Position numbers and translations under genes: made by a program. A DNA stretch of 64,000 nt from a virus. Taxonomy: Duplodnaviria; Caudoviricetes. The notes under the pieces were generated by a model. The model searched no databases, was not told where the DNA came from, and was given only the letters and a program-made list of their open reading frames with translations. Positions 1 through 10,486 of this stretch are shown piece by piece. The DNA lies in the IMG/VR virus record IMGVR_UViG_3300032335_001059, positions 1 through 64,000 of that record; one strand, given 5' to 3'. Position 1 is the stretch's first letter, and each line of letters opens with the position of its first letter.

Positions 1-983
1 ATTGCCGCCCCATTTCTTTTTATTGCTGGAAAAGCGTTTGTAGTGCCGCCTAAGTTTAAGCGATTGAAATTATTTGATAGATTGTTAAATAAATTTAAAA
101 TGCCGTCTCCTGTTGATGCTATTCTTATATTTCCTACTAATCTTATGTCGTTAACAATGTTCATAAAATTAGCAACAACTGCCCCAGTGTTATCTAATCT
201 AAATCTACTCACCCCTCCCACTTGCAAATCAATTAGATTATGCGCCATTCCATTCAATGCCGTTTCAGTAGCATTAAGGAAGATACCCGTTGCCGTTCCT
301 GTATTAGCTCCGCTTGCGTTTAATTCGTATGCTATACTAAGTGGTCTAAAACTTGGATTACCGCTTGGAGGTCTAAAACTTCCTAACATTGCATAATTAA
401 ATCCATTATATACTCCTGTTGTAGAAGTTATAGTACCCGTCTCTAAAACTCTAAGGGCTTCAACGCCTGTTGTAGAAATTCCTGTTAGGACTGTAGCAGT
501 ACCATTTGAGTTAACTTGAAAATAAGCAGAACCTGAACTATTTTCAAGCCTTGCCACAGGATTAGTTCCGTCTCCCCTTACATGAAGCCTTGCACTTGGA
601 GTGCTTGCAATTCCCAAACCTAAAGCCCCATTAGAAGACATTATTGATTGAGCAGATAAACCATTTGAAAACAAAATACTATTAGCTATATTAATAAAAA
701 GCGAAGCATTATTTTTAGTTAATATTCTGAAAGTACCATCAGTTTGATGCCACCCTGTGTAATCTGTTAAAATTGGATTTGTTCTCCAAACAATATCTGC
801 TGCTGGGGCAGTAGCAAAACCTGCAAATGCCGCTTGCGTAGTACTTAACTGCAATGGACTATTATTGCCCAAACCATCAGTCACATTTCTTAATGTAGTG
901 TCTAATGGCGTATTTATAGTTGCGCCTAAATTTAATATACCACGCTGGTTAGCTCCAATATTTTGACCCGTTAAAATTGCCAT
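1..983 (-). CDS. Tail fibre/spike-like protein, truncated at its 3' end by the window edge (missing from the ORF track)
   Basis: ATG at 983 (MAILTGQNIGANQRGIL...); open frame read at both ends, finishing ...RLNLGGTTNAFPAIKRNGAA at the edge; G/T/N-rich, contains ARLHVRGDG fibre-type motif; last gene of the tail cluster. Confidence 0.7.
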   Translation of the reverse strand, partial: MAILTGQNIGANQRGILNLGATINTPLDTTLRNVTDGLGNNSPLQLSTTQAAFAGFATAPAADIVWRTNPILTDYTGWHQTDGTFRILTKNNASLFINIANSILFSNGLSAQSIMSSNGALGLGIASTPSARLHVRGDGTNPVARLENSSGSAYFQVNSNGTATVLTGISTTGVEALRVLETGTITSTTGVYNGFNYAMLGSFRPPSGNPSFRPLSIAYELNASGANTGTATGIFLNATETALNGMAHNLIDLQVGGVSRFRLDNTGAVVANFMNIVNDIRLVGNIRIASTGDGILNLFNNLSNNFNRLNLGGTTNAFPAIKRNGAA

Positions 984-995
984 CTCTTTATTATT

Positions 996-1235
996 TTAAT
1001 TTTGTTTTATTTGAATATTTTCATAAGGAACACACTTAGCCAAATCAACTAAAGATGCTACTTCTGCACTAACAGTAAACCAGTATCTACCCGATTCATC
1101 AAGTATAGCATTACAATATGTATCAGCACTTGCATTAGGGAAACCTAACAAAGCATTAGCTTTACTATTTAAAGTTTCAAAACCTGATTTGGTGGTTCTG
1201 TAAAAGCAAGGGTATGTTTGTGTTATCTCTTCCAT
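996..1235 (-). CDS. Small hypothetical protein (fibre-associated by position)
   Basis: 79-aa ORF tightly packed between two fibre-like genes. Confidence 0.6.
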   Translation of the reverse strand: MEEITQTYPCFYRTTKSGFETLNSKANALLGFPNASADTYCNAILDESGRYWFTVSAEVASLVDLAKCVPYENIQIKQN

Positions 1236-1238
1236 ATT

Positions 1239-2882
1239 TTAAAAGGCGTTATTGTTTATTGATTTGATATAATTATAAATTGCAGTATTTTGACTTAAAG
1301 TGTTATTTGATGAAGATATAATTATAGTATTAAAATTGATATTGGCAAAAGCAGAAACTCCATTTCTAGAAAATAAATTTAATGCTGAACCATTAATATT
1401 TGCCGTATTATTTGCATTTCCAGGATTTGAAAACACAGATGCAGAAGTATTATTAATTAGTAAGCTTGTTTCTGGGTTTAATAGTGTTGTATCACCTATT
1501 GAAGTTGAAAGTTTTAATAATATAGATGATGAATTAAAATAAGAAGCATTAACAGCATTTCCTCTAATTCCTACGCCTTCAGTGGATGCAAATTCGTTTA
1601 TTGATAGTAAGAACCCGCTAAAAGAATTATAATTTGCGCTTAACTCACAACCAACCATAAAATTGGCGGTATTGTTAAACTTTTTAAACGCCGTATATAT
1701 CGTAACTGCTGGCAAATTAATACTAAAACTTGCCGCTCTTAAATTATCAGCTATTCCGTCCCCTTGAACAATTGTTCTATCTACTAGCGCCCCCTTAAAT
1801 CCCGTAGCTGCCGTTCCTGTATTAATAGTCCACACCTCTCCTGTACTACTTGTCCATTGTGTTTGACTTGTTGATGGGTTGTATTGGTTAGGGTTGAATG
1901 AAACAGATGGCGTGCCTAACCAAGTATCCGAAACATTCATGTAATATATTCTACCCGTAATTGTTGTAACCCCATCTGAATAACCTCCTACCCCAACTGC
2001 TAAATTTGTGTTAAAAATACCAACCGCAGCTGTGCTAATTGTTGTTCCAAGTTGAATCCAATTTGTATTATCTAAGGAATAATAAAATATTACATCACCT
2101 GTACTTGAATTTCTAAATACACCAACACTTATGTCTTGCCCATTAGTAGCAACACTTGTAAGACTAACACTTGAAGTTGCTCCTTGATTTGCGTTTGATT
2201 GGTTGCCATCATTTGAAATTCTTAAAAATAAAGTTCCGCCAGCCGTAATGCCGAAAAAGTAACTCATATTTCCGCTAAATGGTCTTTTTGCTACTAAAGT
2301 ATTAGTGCTTGCTACATTATAATCTTGAAGCCTAATCTTACCCCACATAGCTATATTACTTAAAAACCTGTTAGCTGCTGCATCAGGAGTTGAAACATAA
2401 TTTCCATTTACACCAACACCTTGCCAATAATTCGCCCCACTATGAACCAACAAAAGCGGCTGACTTGCTGCCGTAGTTTGTACCGCATCTGTTGCCCTTG
2501 TTGGGTCTATTATATTAGGTAGTGTACGGATAGCTTGCCCTAAAGTAGTTCCACTTCCCGCTCCTATTTGATACGCCAAAGAAGGGTCTCCAAAGAAAGA
2601 AATTGCTGTAGTTATATCACTTGTTCCGTATATGTCTTTGATAGTTAAGAATGCCGCATTTATACCACCTAAACCTTGCGGAACTGTAAAACCTGCAGCT
2701 ATTAAACTATCATAGGCTATTTGTGCTTGAGGGTCTATTCCACCCCAATACTCAGGAGTCTCATCACCCCAGAATCTTGCAGGCACAGATTGTCCCCAAG
2801 TTAAAAACTTTGACATAAAAGGTTTAGAAGAATATCCTAAACTTATATATTTTGGAAATCTATTTTTTATAAAAATAGCCAT
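1239..2882 (-). CDS. Tail appendage / receptor-binding protein, beta-rich with possible LamG/ConA-like domains
   Basis: 547 aa, S/T/N/G-rich beta-type composition, tail module position; N-terminus paralogous to 3285..4169. Confidence 0.6.
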   Translation of the reverse strand: MAIFIKNRFPKYISLGYSSKPFMSKFLTWGQSVPARFWGDETPEYWGGIDPQAQIAYDSLIAAGFTVPQGLGGINAAFLTIKDIYGTSDITTAISFFGDPSLAYQIGAGSGTTLGQAIRTLPNIIDPTRATDAVQTTAASQPLLLVHSGANYWQGVGVNGNYVSTPDAAANRFLSNIAMWGKIRLQDYNVASTNTLVAKRPFSGNMSYFFGITAGGTLFLRISNDGNQSNANQGATSSVSLTSVATNGQDISVGVFRNSSTGDVIFYYSLDNTNWIQLGTTISTAAVGIFNTNLAVGVGGYSDGVTTITGRIYYMNVSDTWLGTPSVSFNPNQYNPSTSQTQWTSSTGEVWTINTGTAATGFKGALVDRTIVQGDGIADNLRAASFSINLPAVTIYTAFKKFNNTANFMVGCELSANYNSFSGFLLSINEFASTEGVGIRGNAVNASYFNSSSILLKLSTSIGDTTLLNPETSLLINNTSASVFSNPGNANNTANINGSALNLFSRNGVSAFANINFNTIIISSSNNTLSQNTAIYNYIKSINNNAF

Positions 2883-3288
2883 TTAACAATTTTTTTAATT
2901 TTAGGAAAACATTTATCAAATATTTAATTAAACTAAATTTAATTTTAGAATCTACATTTTCATTAATCAAAGGCGTAGCATCTACATTTTTGTCATTCAA
3001 TTCAATATTTGTATTATTCTTAAAGTACATATTATTTTGAATAAAAGATAAATTTAACTTACCTTCTATTTTTTCATCCATAATTCTATATACAGACCAA
3101 TCATCTAATTCTTCTGGTGTCATATATCCAATCGAATTTACAACTTCATTTTCGTCATAATAAAGTATATAGTTAAAAGGGAACAAACCCTCTGATTCGT
3201 TTTCTATAAATGGTAATATTTCATAAGACAACTTATTTACTATTCCGTAATTCAAATATTCTTGAGGTTCTATACTTATTGTTCTCAC
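2860..3288 (-). CDS. Hypothetical protein
   Basis: 142-aa ORF overlapping both neighbours by a few nt. Confidence 0.55.
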   Translation of the reverse strand: MRTISIEPQEYLNYGIVNKLSYEILPFIENESEGLFPFNYILYYDENEVVNSIGYMTPEELDDWSVYRIMDEKIEGKLNLSFIQNNMYFKNNTNIELNDKNVDATPLINENVDSKIKFSLIKYLINVFLKLKKLLNGYFYKK

Positions 3289-4169
3289 GAGTTTAATGCG
3301 GTTAAAGTGTTAATAATAAATTGCCGTAAAGTTTGATTATTGAAATTATTGTTTCCGTGTCCACTTGCTTGGTGCGAATTTACATCCATTTGACTTGGCC
3401 CACCAGATTGCCCCAATAAAGATAATTCAGCAATTTCTTGATTTAAAATAGATGCAGCTGGAGCTATAGTATAACTTAAAACTTGGTCATCTACTATATT
3501 GTTTACAGTATTCCCACTTCTTGTTCCGCAAAACCAATATCTTTGAAAAGTTCCCGCAGTTATTGGATTACTTTGTGCAGTACTTTGGCTTTGATTCATA
3601 AAAACTATTAATCTTGAAACACCAGCATTTAAACTTCTTTGCATTGCTGCACTTCTTGATGCTGTTGCAAAACCATTCCCCATCATATTTGCAGCATTAC
3701 CAAAATTATAAAATCTTCCGTATATGAATTGCGAACAATTAAATCTATCTGCACCCCATTTTGGAGCTGTAGAGGGATTATAGCCCATAGTCAAATATCC
3801 TCCAGTAGAACCAGGAATATTTGAAAAATATCCAAATTGGTCTACCCAACTTAAATTAGCAACATTTTGTTCTTGCACAAAATAGTTGTTACTAATTATA
3901 TTTGTTCTTGCAGCTATTCTATTTCCAGTACCAGCGTATAAATTTAACCTATCTAAACAATCAAAAATACCAGTACTAACCATTGGCTTAATTAGGTTAT
4001 CATCTATTATGGTTAATATTGCATTATCAATACTTCCCCCATTAGCTATAATCCTATCTCTCCAAGCAATTGCTTGTGGACTTAAAGGAGGCAAATATCC
4101 TCCTTTATTATAGAATTTAACATCCAAACCTAAATATTTTGGAAACTTATTTTCTATAAAAATAGCCAT
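3285..4169 (-). CDS. Tail appendage protein (paralogous N-terminus MAIFIxNxFPKY)
   Basis: 294 aa beta-rich; N-terminus shared with 1239..2882. Confidence 0.6.
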   Translation of the reverse strand: MAIFIENKFPKYLGLDVKFYNKGGYLPPLSPQAIAWRDRIIANGGSIDNAILTIIDDNLIKPMVSTGIFDCLDRLNLYAGTGNRIAARTNIISNNYFVQEQNVANLSWVDQFGYFSNIPGSTGGYLTMGYNPSTAPKWGADRFNCSQFIYGRFYNFGNAANMMGNGFATASRSAAMQRSLNAGVSRLIVFMNQSQSTAQSNPITAGTFQRYWFCGTRSGNTVNNIVDDQVLSYTIAPAASILNQEIAELSLLGQSGGPSQMDVNSHQASGHGNNNFNNQTLRQFIINTLTALNS

Positions 4170-4456
4170 TATAATAATATCAAATAAGATAAGTTTCCAG
4201 TTCCAGATACTAATATTTCACTTGCATTATTACAAGGAATAGTTAAAGGAGGACTAGTTAAAGTTAAAGTATTTCCGTTACCTGTAACAAAACTACATTC
4301 TGACATTAAAATTATAGCTTTACATTTGAAATCAGGTAAAGCAGTAAGTGTACCTGTTAAAGCAACAAGTGAAGTTCTACTACCACTTGCGGTAACAAAT
4401 CTAAAAGAGTCTAAAATAGATTTGAGGAATGACTCCCCAGCGGTTAATCCACTCAT
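4169..4456 (-). CDS. Small putative virion protein
   Basis: 95-aa ORF, stop/start overlap with neighbours. Confidence 0.55.
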   Translation of the reverse strand: MSGLTAGESFLKSILDSFRFVTASGSRTSLVALTGTLTALPDFKCKAIILMSECSFVTGNGNTLTLTSPPLTIPCNNASEILVSGTGNLSYLILL

Positions 4457-4698
4457 ATTATTTTTTTAGTTATACGTTGAACATCTATATATATAGCGTT
4501 GTATTCGTCTTCAGTAAGATAGTCATTAACATAATTTCTATCTTTTAGAATTCGACTGTACAAGTACAGAAGTTTGGCTTCATCTAAACATTGTTTAGAT
4601 ATTATACCAAAACTTAACTTATTTACAAAGTTATTACTTATTTTCTGAATAGACAAATTTATATTGTTAATTGCAGAAAGATTTTGATTTTTATCCAT
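4453..4698 (-). CDS. Small putative structural protein (start likely 4698, MDKNQ)
   Basis: Track start 4767 overlaps the upstream gene; ATG at 4698 gives an 8-nt overlap. Confidence 0.55.
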   Translation of the reverse strand: MDKNQNLSAINNINLSIQKISNNFVNKLSFGIISKQCLDEAKLLYLYSRILKDRNYVNDYLTEDEYNAIYIDVQRITKKII

Positions 4699-5485
4699 TA
4701 CATTTACAATCAGAGTCTGAACAATAGTTAGAAAGTATGTCGTAAAGTTGAATTGCTTTAGGTTCATTATTAAACATAGCGTTTATGAACATAGCATCAT
4801 AAAGTAAATAGTTATTCATAAGTGTATTTACTTGTTTGTCTTTACAAGGACAATTTGATTCAGGAAGTGCTGCAACTCTAGAATCTAGACAATCTTTAAT
4901 AGTTTTAGAAATAGGTACAAGTTCTACAGCTTCATAACCAACATTATAGTTAAGATAACCTGTTGTAGTTGTACTAGCATAAGGTGTAGATAAAACAAAA
5001 CTATTTGTTGAAGGATTAATAGTTGTAACATTATAATATACAGCAGTTCCAGATACATTTGTTTTTAACTTAGCTATATTAGCAAAAGATTGAGGTGAAG
5101 CACCATAAGTTACAATGCTTGAATTATTTGTAACATTTATGCTTTGAGTATTAGCAAAATAAGGAGTATAACTTATTTTCCAAATACCTTCTTCAATTAT
5201 TTCGTCAACATTTAAACCTAAAGCTACATTAGTTATAGTATAAGGAGATATTGTTGCAGTATAAGCTTGAGCAGCATTTAAGTCAAAAGTATAAATAGTA
5301 TCACTTGGTGAAGTAAGAACTATTCTTGTAGAAACAATATCTGTTCCTGAACCACTAGCTTCTCTTAAACCAACAGGGTCTTGATTAGAACCATATCCAG
5401 TAATACCATATCCAGTAGAATCAGTTATAATAATTGATTTCCAATCAGTAGAAACTGATAAATTTATTTTAATTTGTAAAGCCAT
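4691..5485 (-). CDS. Putative tail hub/ring-type structural protein with Cys-rich C-terminus (start likely 5485, MALQIK)
   Basis: C-terminal NCPCKD...YCSDSDCKCNG resembles crAss-like structural proteins; the track's upstream extension runs through a terminator. Confidence 0.5.
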   Translation of the reverse strand: MALQIKINLSVSTDWKSIIITDSTGYGITGYGSNQDPVGLREASGSGTDIVSTRIVLTSPSDTIYTFDLNAAQAYTATISPYTITNVALGLNVDEIIEEGIWKISYTPYFANTQSINVTNNSSIVTYGASPQSFANIAKLKTNVSGTAVYYNVTTINPSTNSFVLSTPYASTTTTGYLNYNVGYEAVELVPISKTIKDCLDSRVAALPESNCPCKDKQVNTLMNNYLLYDAMFINAMFNNEPKAIQLYDILSNYCSDSDCKCNG

Positions 5486-5500
5486 ATTTAAATATTTATA

Positions 5501-5508
5501 CAAAGATA
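5501..5508 (-). promoter_or_regulatory. Bacteroidota sigma-A -7 element TATCTTTG
   Basis: Matches TAnnTTTG, 15 nt upstream of ATG 5485; no clean -33 TTTG. Confidence 0.5.
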
Positions 5509-5510
5509 AT

Positions 5511-5545
5511 AAAAAAAAGCCATTACAATTAAGTAATGGCTTTTT
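5511..5545. terminator. Intrinsic terminator (bidirectional-type)
   Basis: aaaaagccattac-aattaa-gtaatggcttttt, 13-bp stem with flanking A/T runs. Confidence 0.75.
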
Positions 5546-5565
5546 AAACATGAAAAATCAGAAAA

Positions 5566-6903
5566 CTATGCGTTAATATAAGAGCTAAGGATTGTAGGAA
5601 TAGCTGAACTAATTAAAGCATTAGTAGAGATAGTTCCAGAACCACCAGCGTTAACACAGAATATTTGAACATCGTGCAATTCTTCTTTTGCGTTTCCATC
5701 ACCAGCTCCGTTATTAGGGAAACTCTTGTAAATAACAGAGTAACCATCATAAAAAGCAGTTTCTGAAGCAAAATACTGAACTGGGTAAGGTAAGAAACTT
5801 CTGTTTATGTTACCTTGATAACCTTGCCACTGAAGTTCTTGCTTTCTAGCTTGGTATCCAATACCGTAACCGATGTTGAAAACACCTGAAGTAACAGCAC
5901 CTGAAGCAGCTAAGTAAGATTGAGCAGCAACACCATTATGAACGATTACAGTTCCTAAAGCATTTCCTGATACACCTACAGCGATAGAAGTGTTAGGTCT
6001 TAATTCAGTAAATGAACTTCCGTCAAACCAGTTACCTCTTGAAACTACTCTAACACCAGCTAAATCGTTAACATCAGGGGCAGCATCTAATCTACCTAAA
6101 GCAACAGTAGCAACAGTAGCACCGATAGCTAAACTTTCGTTTACATAAGGAGCATCAAGAATGATACTTGTAGCTGAAGGCATAGCTGCGATTTTGTAAA
6201 CAGGTAAAGTAGTAGTAGTTGCATGACCTACACGAATAAAACTACCTACTGACAATGGAGTAGTACCACCAACAGTTGAACCAGATAAAGTTACGTTAGC
6301 TGAACCATTTACAAATGTACCAGTTACGTTTGCAGGAGCTGAAGTTACTAACTGAGTTGAACTTTGGTTAGTTAAAACTGAAGCAAATACGAATCTGTCG
6401 TAAGGGAACAAAGAAGCGTTTAACGTCTTAGCATTAACAGCTTTAGCCCAATCATAAGCTACATTAAATGCAGTTGCTTGAGCAGCAGTTTGATAATACA
6501 AAGAAGCTAAGTTAAATGGCATTGGTACAGTTCCTAAAGAAGTGTTTGTTATAGTCAAGTTATAAGTTCCAGCAACACTAGCTTGAATAGTGTCCGAACC
6601 TGAACCAGCATAACCTACGATATCAACATTAGGTACAGCAGCAATGTAAGGTACAGCAGTAGTGCCAGCCTTAACAATACCATTAGGATAGATAATTACA
6701 CTTTTAAAATTACCACCAGTAACTCCACCTTGAGCAATCATAATAGGCAATTGCTTTTGAGCAGCACTACATGTAGTAGTAATTAGTGTAAAAGCACCAG
6801 TTTCAGCGATAGAGTAAATTCCAATTTCTCCAGCAGCTAAAAGGGCAGGGTTTGCTTTAGCTGAATAAGCTGCGGCATTTCCGAAAAAAACAGTTTTTGA
6901 CAT
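5566..6903 (-). CDS. Virion structural protein, auxiliary capsid/decoration-like
   Basis: 445 aa, A/G/T/V-rich, two genes downstream of the MCP-adjacent gene, codon style like MCP. Confidence 0.55.
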   Translation of the reverse strand: MSKTVFFGNAAAYSAKANPALLAAGEIGIYSIAETGAFTLITTTCSAAQKQLPIMIAQGGVTGGNFKSVIIYPNGIVKAGTTAVPYIAAVPNVDIVGYAGSGSDTIQASVAGTYNLTITNTSLGTVPMPFNLASLYYQTAAQATAFNVAYDWAKAVNAKTLNASLFPYDRFVFASVLTNQSSTQLVTSAPANVTGTFVNGSANVTLSGSTVGGTTPLSVGSFIRVGHATTTTLPVYKIAAMPSATSIILDAPYVNESLAIGATVATVALGRLDAAPDVNDLAGVRVVSRGNWFDGSSFTELRPNTSIAVGVSGNALGTVIVHNGVAAQSYLAASGAVTSGVFNIGYGIGYQARKQELQWQGYQGNINRSFLPYPVQYFASETAFYDGYSVIYKSFPNNGAGDGNAKEELHDVQIFCVNAGGSGTISTNALISSAIPTILSSYINA

Positions 6904-6939
6904 TGTTTTGTTTTGTTTATTTGTTATTAATTAAAAAAA

Positions 6940-7998
6940 TTATTCATTAGTTGCAACAATTTCTTGATGCGTTTTATATCTATCACCAGCTTGCACTGCT
7001 TCTAGAAGGTAATCAACTGTCATACTTACTATTTCAGGATGTGTGTGCTCAGGTAAGTCACAATCTTGATTGAGAAAATACGATACAGTTCTTGGGGTAC
7101 GAAGATACGATAAAATAACATCAGTTACAACAAAAACATTTCTGTCTATGTATATGTTAAAGTTGTAGTTAGATGTATAATATAAAGGAAAGTCAGGAAC
7201 CGTTTTGTTAAACGGGTCTACTTGCATTGCAAATATATCATCTTCTTGAACTAACTTTCCAGCAACAGTACTGTTAGGTGTGTTGCTATAATATGTTTTA
7301 ATATTACTTGAAGTAAGTAAGTTAACATAGTTAGTTCCGTTAATAGAATATTGCCAAGCAGTAGTTGTTTTATTTACAATAATTAATTGATTCTTAAAGT
7401 AAGAACCATTATAATATTCATAATAAAATTCATATTCAGAATAATTATATTTTTCTCTTAACTTTTGTAAAATAATTCTAATAACGTAAGTTAAATCTTC
7501 AACAGTATTATAGTTACTAGCTTCAGGACCTAAAGTTAATTCATAACCACTAGTAAAGTTTCTTAACTTAAATAATGTCCAATCAGTAACTAAACTAAAA
7601 TCGAAAGTACTTGTACTTGTAGTTAAAGTAGTAGAGGTATAATTAAAAGTACCACAATCATTTTCTGAAACTCTAAATCTAGAATTTACTGCAAACATAT
7701 AATCAGCAGGAAAATAAAAAACTACTTTTTCATTTATATCTGGGTCAAAAGAAACAGGTAAAAATGCTTTAGCTGAATAGTTAGTAACTAAACTTCTAAG
7801 GTCATCAATTCTTTTTTGAGTCATCTCAAAACCTTTACCTTTTAGGTTTGAAGTAGCGTTATATCTTTGTTTTATAAATCTTAATATACTATTGTTAAGT
7901 GCAAAGTCTACCTCTTGTTCAAGAATGTTTTCAAACAATGCTGAATTGATTTTATTCATTTCAGTAGCAATAGACGTGTGCATTTCTTTTATATTCAT
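6940..7998 (-). CDS. crAss-like ring / head-tail connector protein
   Basis: Motifs GFEMTQKRIDDLRSLV and CDLPEHTHPEIV recognised from crAss-like ring proteins. Confidence 0.7.
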   Translation of the reverse strand: MNIKEMHTSIATEMNKINSALFENILEQEVDFALNNSILRFIKQRYNATSNLKGKGFEMTQKRIDDLRSLVTNYSAKAFLPVSFDPDINEKVVFYFPADYMFAVNSRFRVSENDCGTFNYTSTTLTTSTSTFDFSLVTDWTLFKLRNFTSGYELTLGPEASNYNTVEDLTYVIRIILQKLREKYNYSEYEFYYEYYNGSYFKNQLIIVNKTTTAWQYSINGTNYVNLLTSSNIKTYYSNTPNSTVAGKLVQEDDIFAMQVDPFNKTVPDFPLYYTSNYNFNIYIDRNVFVVTDVILSYLRTPRTVSYFLNQDCDLPEHTHPEIVSMTVDYLLEAVQAGDRYKTHQEIVATNE

Positions 7999-8038
7999 AG
8001 TATTTATGTGAAACCGACTAAACTCGTCGGCTCAATTT

Positions 8039-8917
8039 TTATTTTGATTTTTCTACTTTTTTAGTTTCTTTTTGTTTAAAACCAATTCCCATATTATTAA
8101 GTTTAGCTAACATAATAACATAAGCTTCGGAATTATTAGGATTCTTTAAATAAGCAATAGATGCATTTAAATCACCTAACGGTTCAGAACCGTAAACATA
8201 TTCGTTACCTACTTTTTGAATAACTTGACTTTCAACCATTGAAGCAATTTGTGCTTTAAATAACAAGTCTGGGTCAGACACAACACTCATAAAGTATTCA
8301 GGGTCTTTTTCAAAAATTTCAGAAACTTTAAGTTCTTTTTCATCCTTACTTAAAGAAGTAAGCCTTGTAATAGAACCTAACTCTTTTGGATATTTAGTAG
8401 TTAATTCTCTAAGAACCCAATCAAGTTTAACTTCATCATTAATTAATTCTGCAAATTTAATTGTAGCATTAGTTTTTGATTTAAGTTTAGTTGTACGTTT
8501 AGTTAACTCTAAAGCTTGGTCTTCAATATAATATTCTTTGTATTGGTCAATATCGGCAGAAGCTTTTGAATCAGCTACTTTAGGATGTTGCAAACAAAAC
8601 TTATATTTCAAATAATCTTCCAATACTTCTGGTTCACCACTTTCATCAATTGTAATATTAAGTTCTTTTCCTTCATAAGGAACAGTAATCATAATATTAT
8701 TAAAATACTTGTTTACCTCTTGTCTAAATTTAGGGTCACTACTTTCTACTCCTAGAATTCCTGGCATCCATTTTTTCATTTCTTCAAATGTAACACCTGT
8801 ACCTACTGCACCAGACTTTAAAAGAAATCCGCCAATTGTAGCAGACCTTTCTTGAGTTAAACTAATGTGTACGCCATGTCTGCGTACTTCTTTTCTTTGA
8901 ATCTTAATCGTTTTCAT
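8039..8917 (-). CDS. Conserved crAss-like capsid-module protein
   Basis: 292 aa directly downstream of MCP; DYLKYKFCLQHPKVA motif. Confidence 0.6.
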   Translation of the reverse strand: MKTIKIQRKEVRRHGVHISLTQERSATIGGFLLKSGAVGTGVTFEEMKKWMPGILGVESSDPKFRQEVNKYFNNIMITVPYEGKELNITIDESGEPEVLEDYLKYKFCLQHPKVADSKASADIDQYKEYYIEDQALELTKRTTKLKSKTNATIKFAELINDEVKLDWVLRELTTKYPKELGSITRLTSLSKDEKELKVSEIFEKDPEYFMSVVSDPDLLFKAQIASMVESQVIQKVGNEYVYGSEPLGDLNASIAYLKNPNNSEAYVIMLAKLNNMGIGFKQKETKKVEKSK

Positions 8918-8964
8918 TTTCTTTATCGTTTTATTTTAATTGTTTTTTTAATTTTGGTTTATTT

Positions 8965-9002
8965 AAAAATAAAGTGAGAGAGATTTTACTCTCCCTCACT
9001 TA
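8965..9002 (-). terminator. Probable terminator after major capsid gene
   Basis: aagtgagagag...ctctccctcactt hairpin followed by a U-rich run on the minus strand. Confidence 0.5.
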
Positions 9003-9009
9003 TTTAAAA

Positions 9010-10458
9010 CTATAAACCTGCTGTACAAGTTAAGTCGATAGAAGTGTTAAACCTTCTAAGTACAACTTGACCAGCTTTTAAGAAGTGTACTGAACTACCG
9101 TCTTTATCAGTAGAGATAGTATCGTTAGCTGAGAAGCTAGTTCCAGCAGCAGCTTCGTTGATACCTTTTACCATACCACGTAACATGCTACGTCCTTTTT
9201 TGCTTACCATAACTAAGTTACTCATACCATCATAAGTAGAAGTATCTGTGAAAGCCATACGGAAAGACTCAAGAGGCAAGTTAGGATAGTTAGGATGTTT
9301 AGGACTAGCTAAAGCTTGAGGTCCGTTATCAAAAAGAGAAGCAGTTTTGATAATAACTTTGTAACCATCAACGTGTTGATATGTATCAAAGAAACCACCT
9401 AAGCTCAAGTTATATCCAGAACCACCAACGAATTTGTTGTCAGTTAATTTGATGTAACCTCTGTTTGATAATTCAGCTTTCATTGCGTTGTCAAAAGCCA
9501 TACGACCACCAACACCAGTGAAAAGAGTAATTACTTTATTTTCAGCATCACTCATACCGTAGAAAGTATCACGGATTGTTTGGTCAATTTTATCAGCAGT
9601 TAAAGTACCATAAGTATCTTTATTAGAGATTTGCTCAAACATACCTGAACCCCTTACAATAGGATTACCTTGTTCGTCACGCTCATTGATAACACCATAA
9701 GCATCACGATTAGATTTTGAATACCAGTAGTTAGTTTCACATTCAATACGGAAACTTAAATTATGCTGATACTCTTCGTAAGGCCAATACATTTCTTTAG
9801 TACCTCCACCTTTAGTGTCTAATTGTACAGTTTTAGCTTTACGATATTTAATGTTACCTTCATAAGCGTAACCTTTACGAATAGTACCTACATCACCACG
9901 AACTTTAACAGGAGCAGTGCTAGTAGATAAGCTACCGAATGAACCAAAACTTGCTACTGAATTCCAACCAAGTGCATATAAAGCACCAGTTGCTAATTCG
10001 CTTGCAGGTAAAGTTTCAGAAAGATTTTTAGCTACCAATTTTACTTTGTAAGCCCAGTTACCGTTAGAGTTATCTCTACTAGTAATACGTAATTGATAAC
10101 CTAAAGGAGAAAGGATGGTATAACCTACAGGAAAAATACCTTCGTTAAAGAACAAAGTTCCTTCAGTTCCAGATACACCAAAAGATGTAGAGTAAGAACC
10201 AGTAGGAGGAGCTTGTAAAGGAACTGCCTTCATCATACGTCCAATTACATCATACTCGAATTCGTCACCATCTACTTCTTGAATAGCTTGCATACCTTCA
10301 GAAAGATACATTAGAGGGAAACGTGAACTCTCTTGACCCATCATATGTGTGAGTACAGGAGCGATTTTGTCAGGTTGTGCGTTAATTAAACGAGCAAAAG
10401 AAGCATCATTGCTTTTCATTTGTTCGTTCCACACTTGGTCCATTAGAAATTGTGCCAT
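9010..10458 (-). CDS. Major capsid protein (crAss-like)
   Basis: 482 aa; order portal-scaffold-MCP; motifs VITLFTGVGGRMAFD, LNLGGFF-like, C-terminal SVHFL. Confidence 0.85.
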   Translation of the reverse strand: MAQFLMDQVWNEQMKSNDASFARLINAQPDKIAPVLTHMMGQESSRFPLMYLSEGMQAIQEVDGDEFEYDVIGRMMKAVPLQAPPTGSYSTSFGVSGTEGTLFFNEGIFPVGYTILSPLGYQLRITSRDNSNGNWAYKVKLVAKNLSETLPASELATGALYALGWNSVASFGSFGSLSTSTAPVKVRGDVGTIRKGYAYEGNIKYRKAKTVQLDTKGGGTKEMYWPYEEYQHNLSFRIECETNYWYSKSNRDAYGVINERDEQGNPIVRGSGMFEQISNKDTYGTLTADKIDQTIRDTFYGMSDAENKVITLFTGVGGRMAFDNAMKAELSNRGYIKLTDNKFVGGSGYNLSLGGFFDTYQHVDGYKVIIKTASLFDNGPQALASPKHPNYPNLPLESFRMAFTDTSTYDGMSNLVMVSKKGRSMLRGMVKGINEAAAGTSFSANDTISTDKDGSSVHFLKAGQVVLRRFNTSIDLTCTAGL

Positions 10459-10486
10459 TTTTTATTTATTTGTTTTTTTAAAGTGT

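Noticed and set aside
43-396. 117-aa plus-strand ORF from the track
   Set aside because: Antisense shadow of the real minus-strand fibre gene (1..983), which the track missed because it runs off the edge
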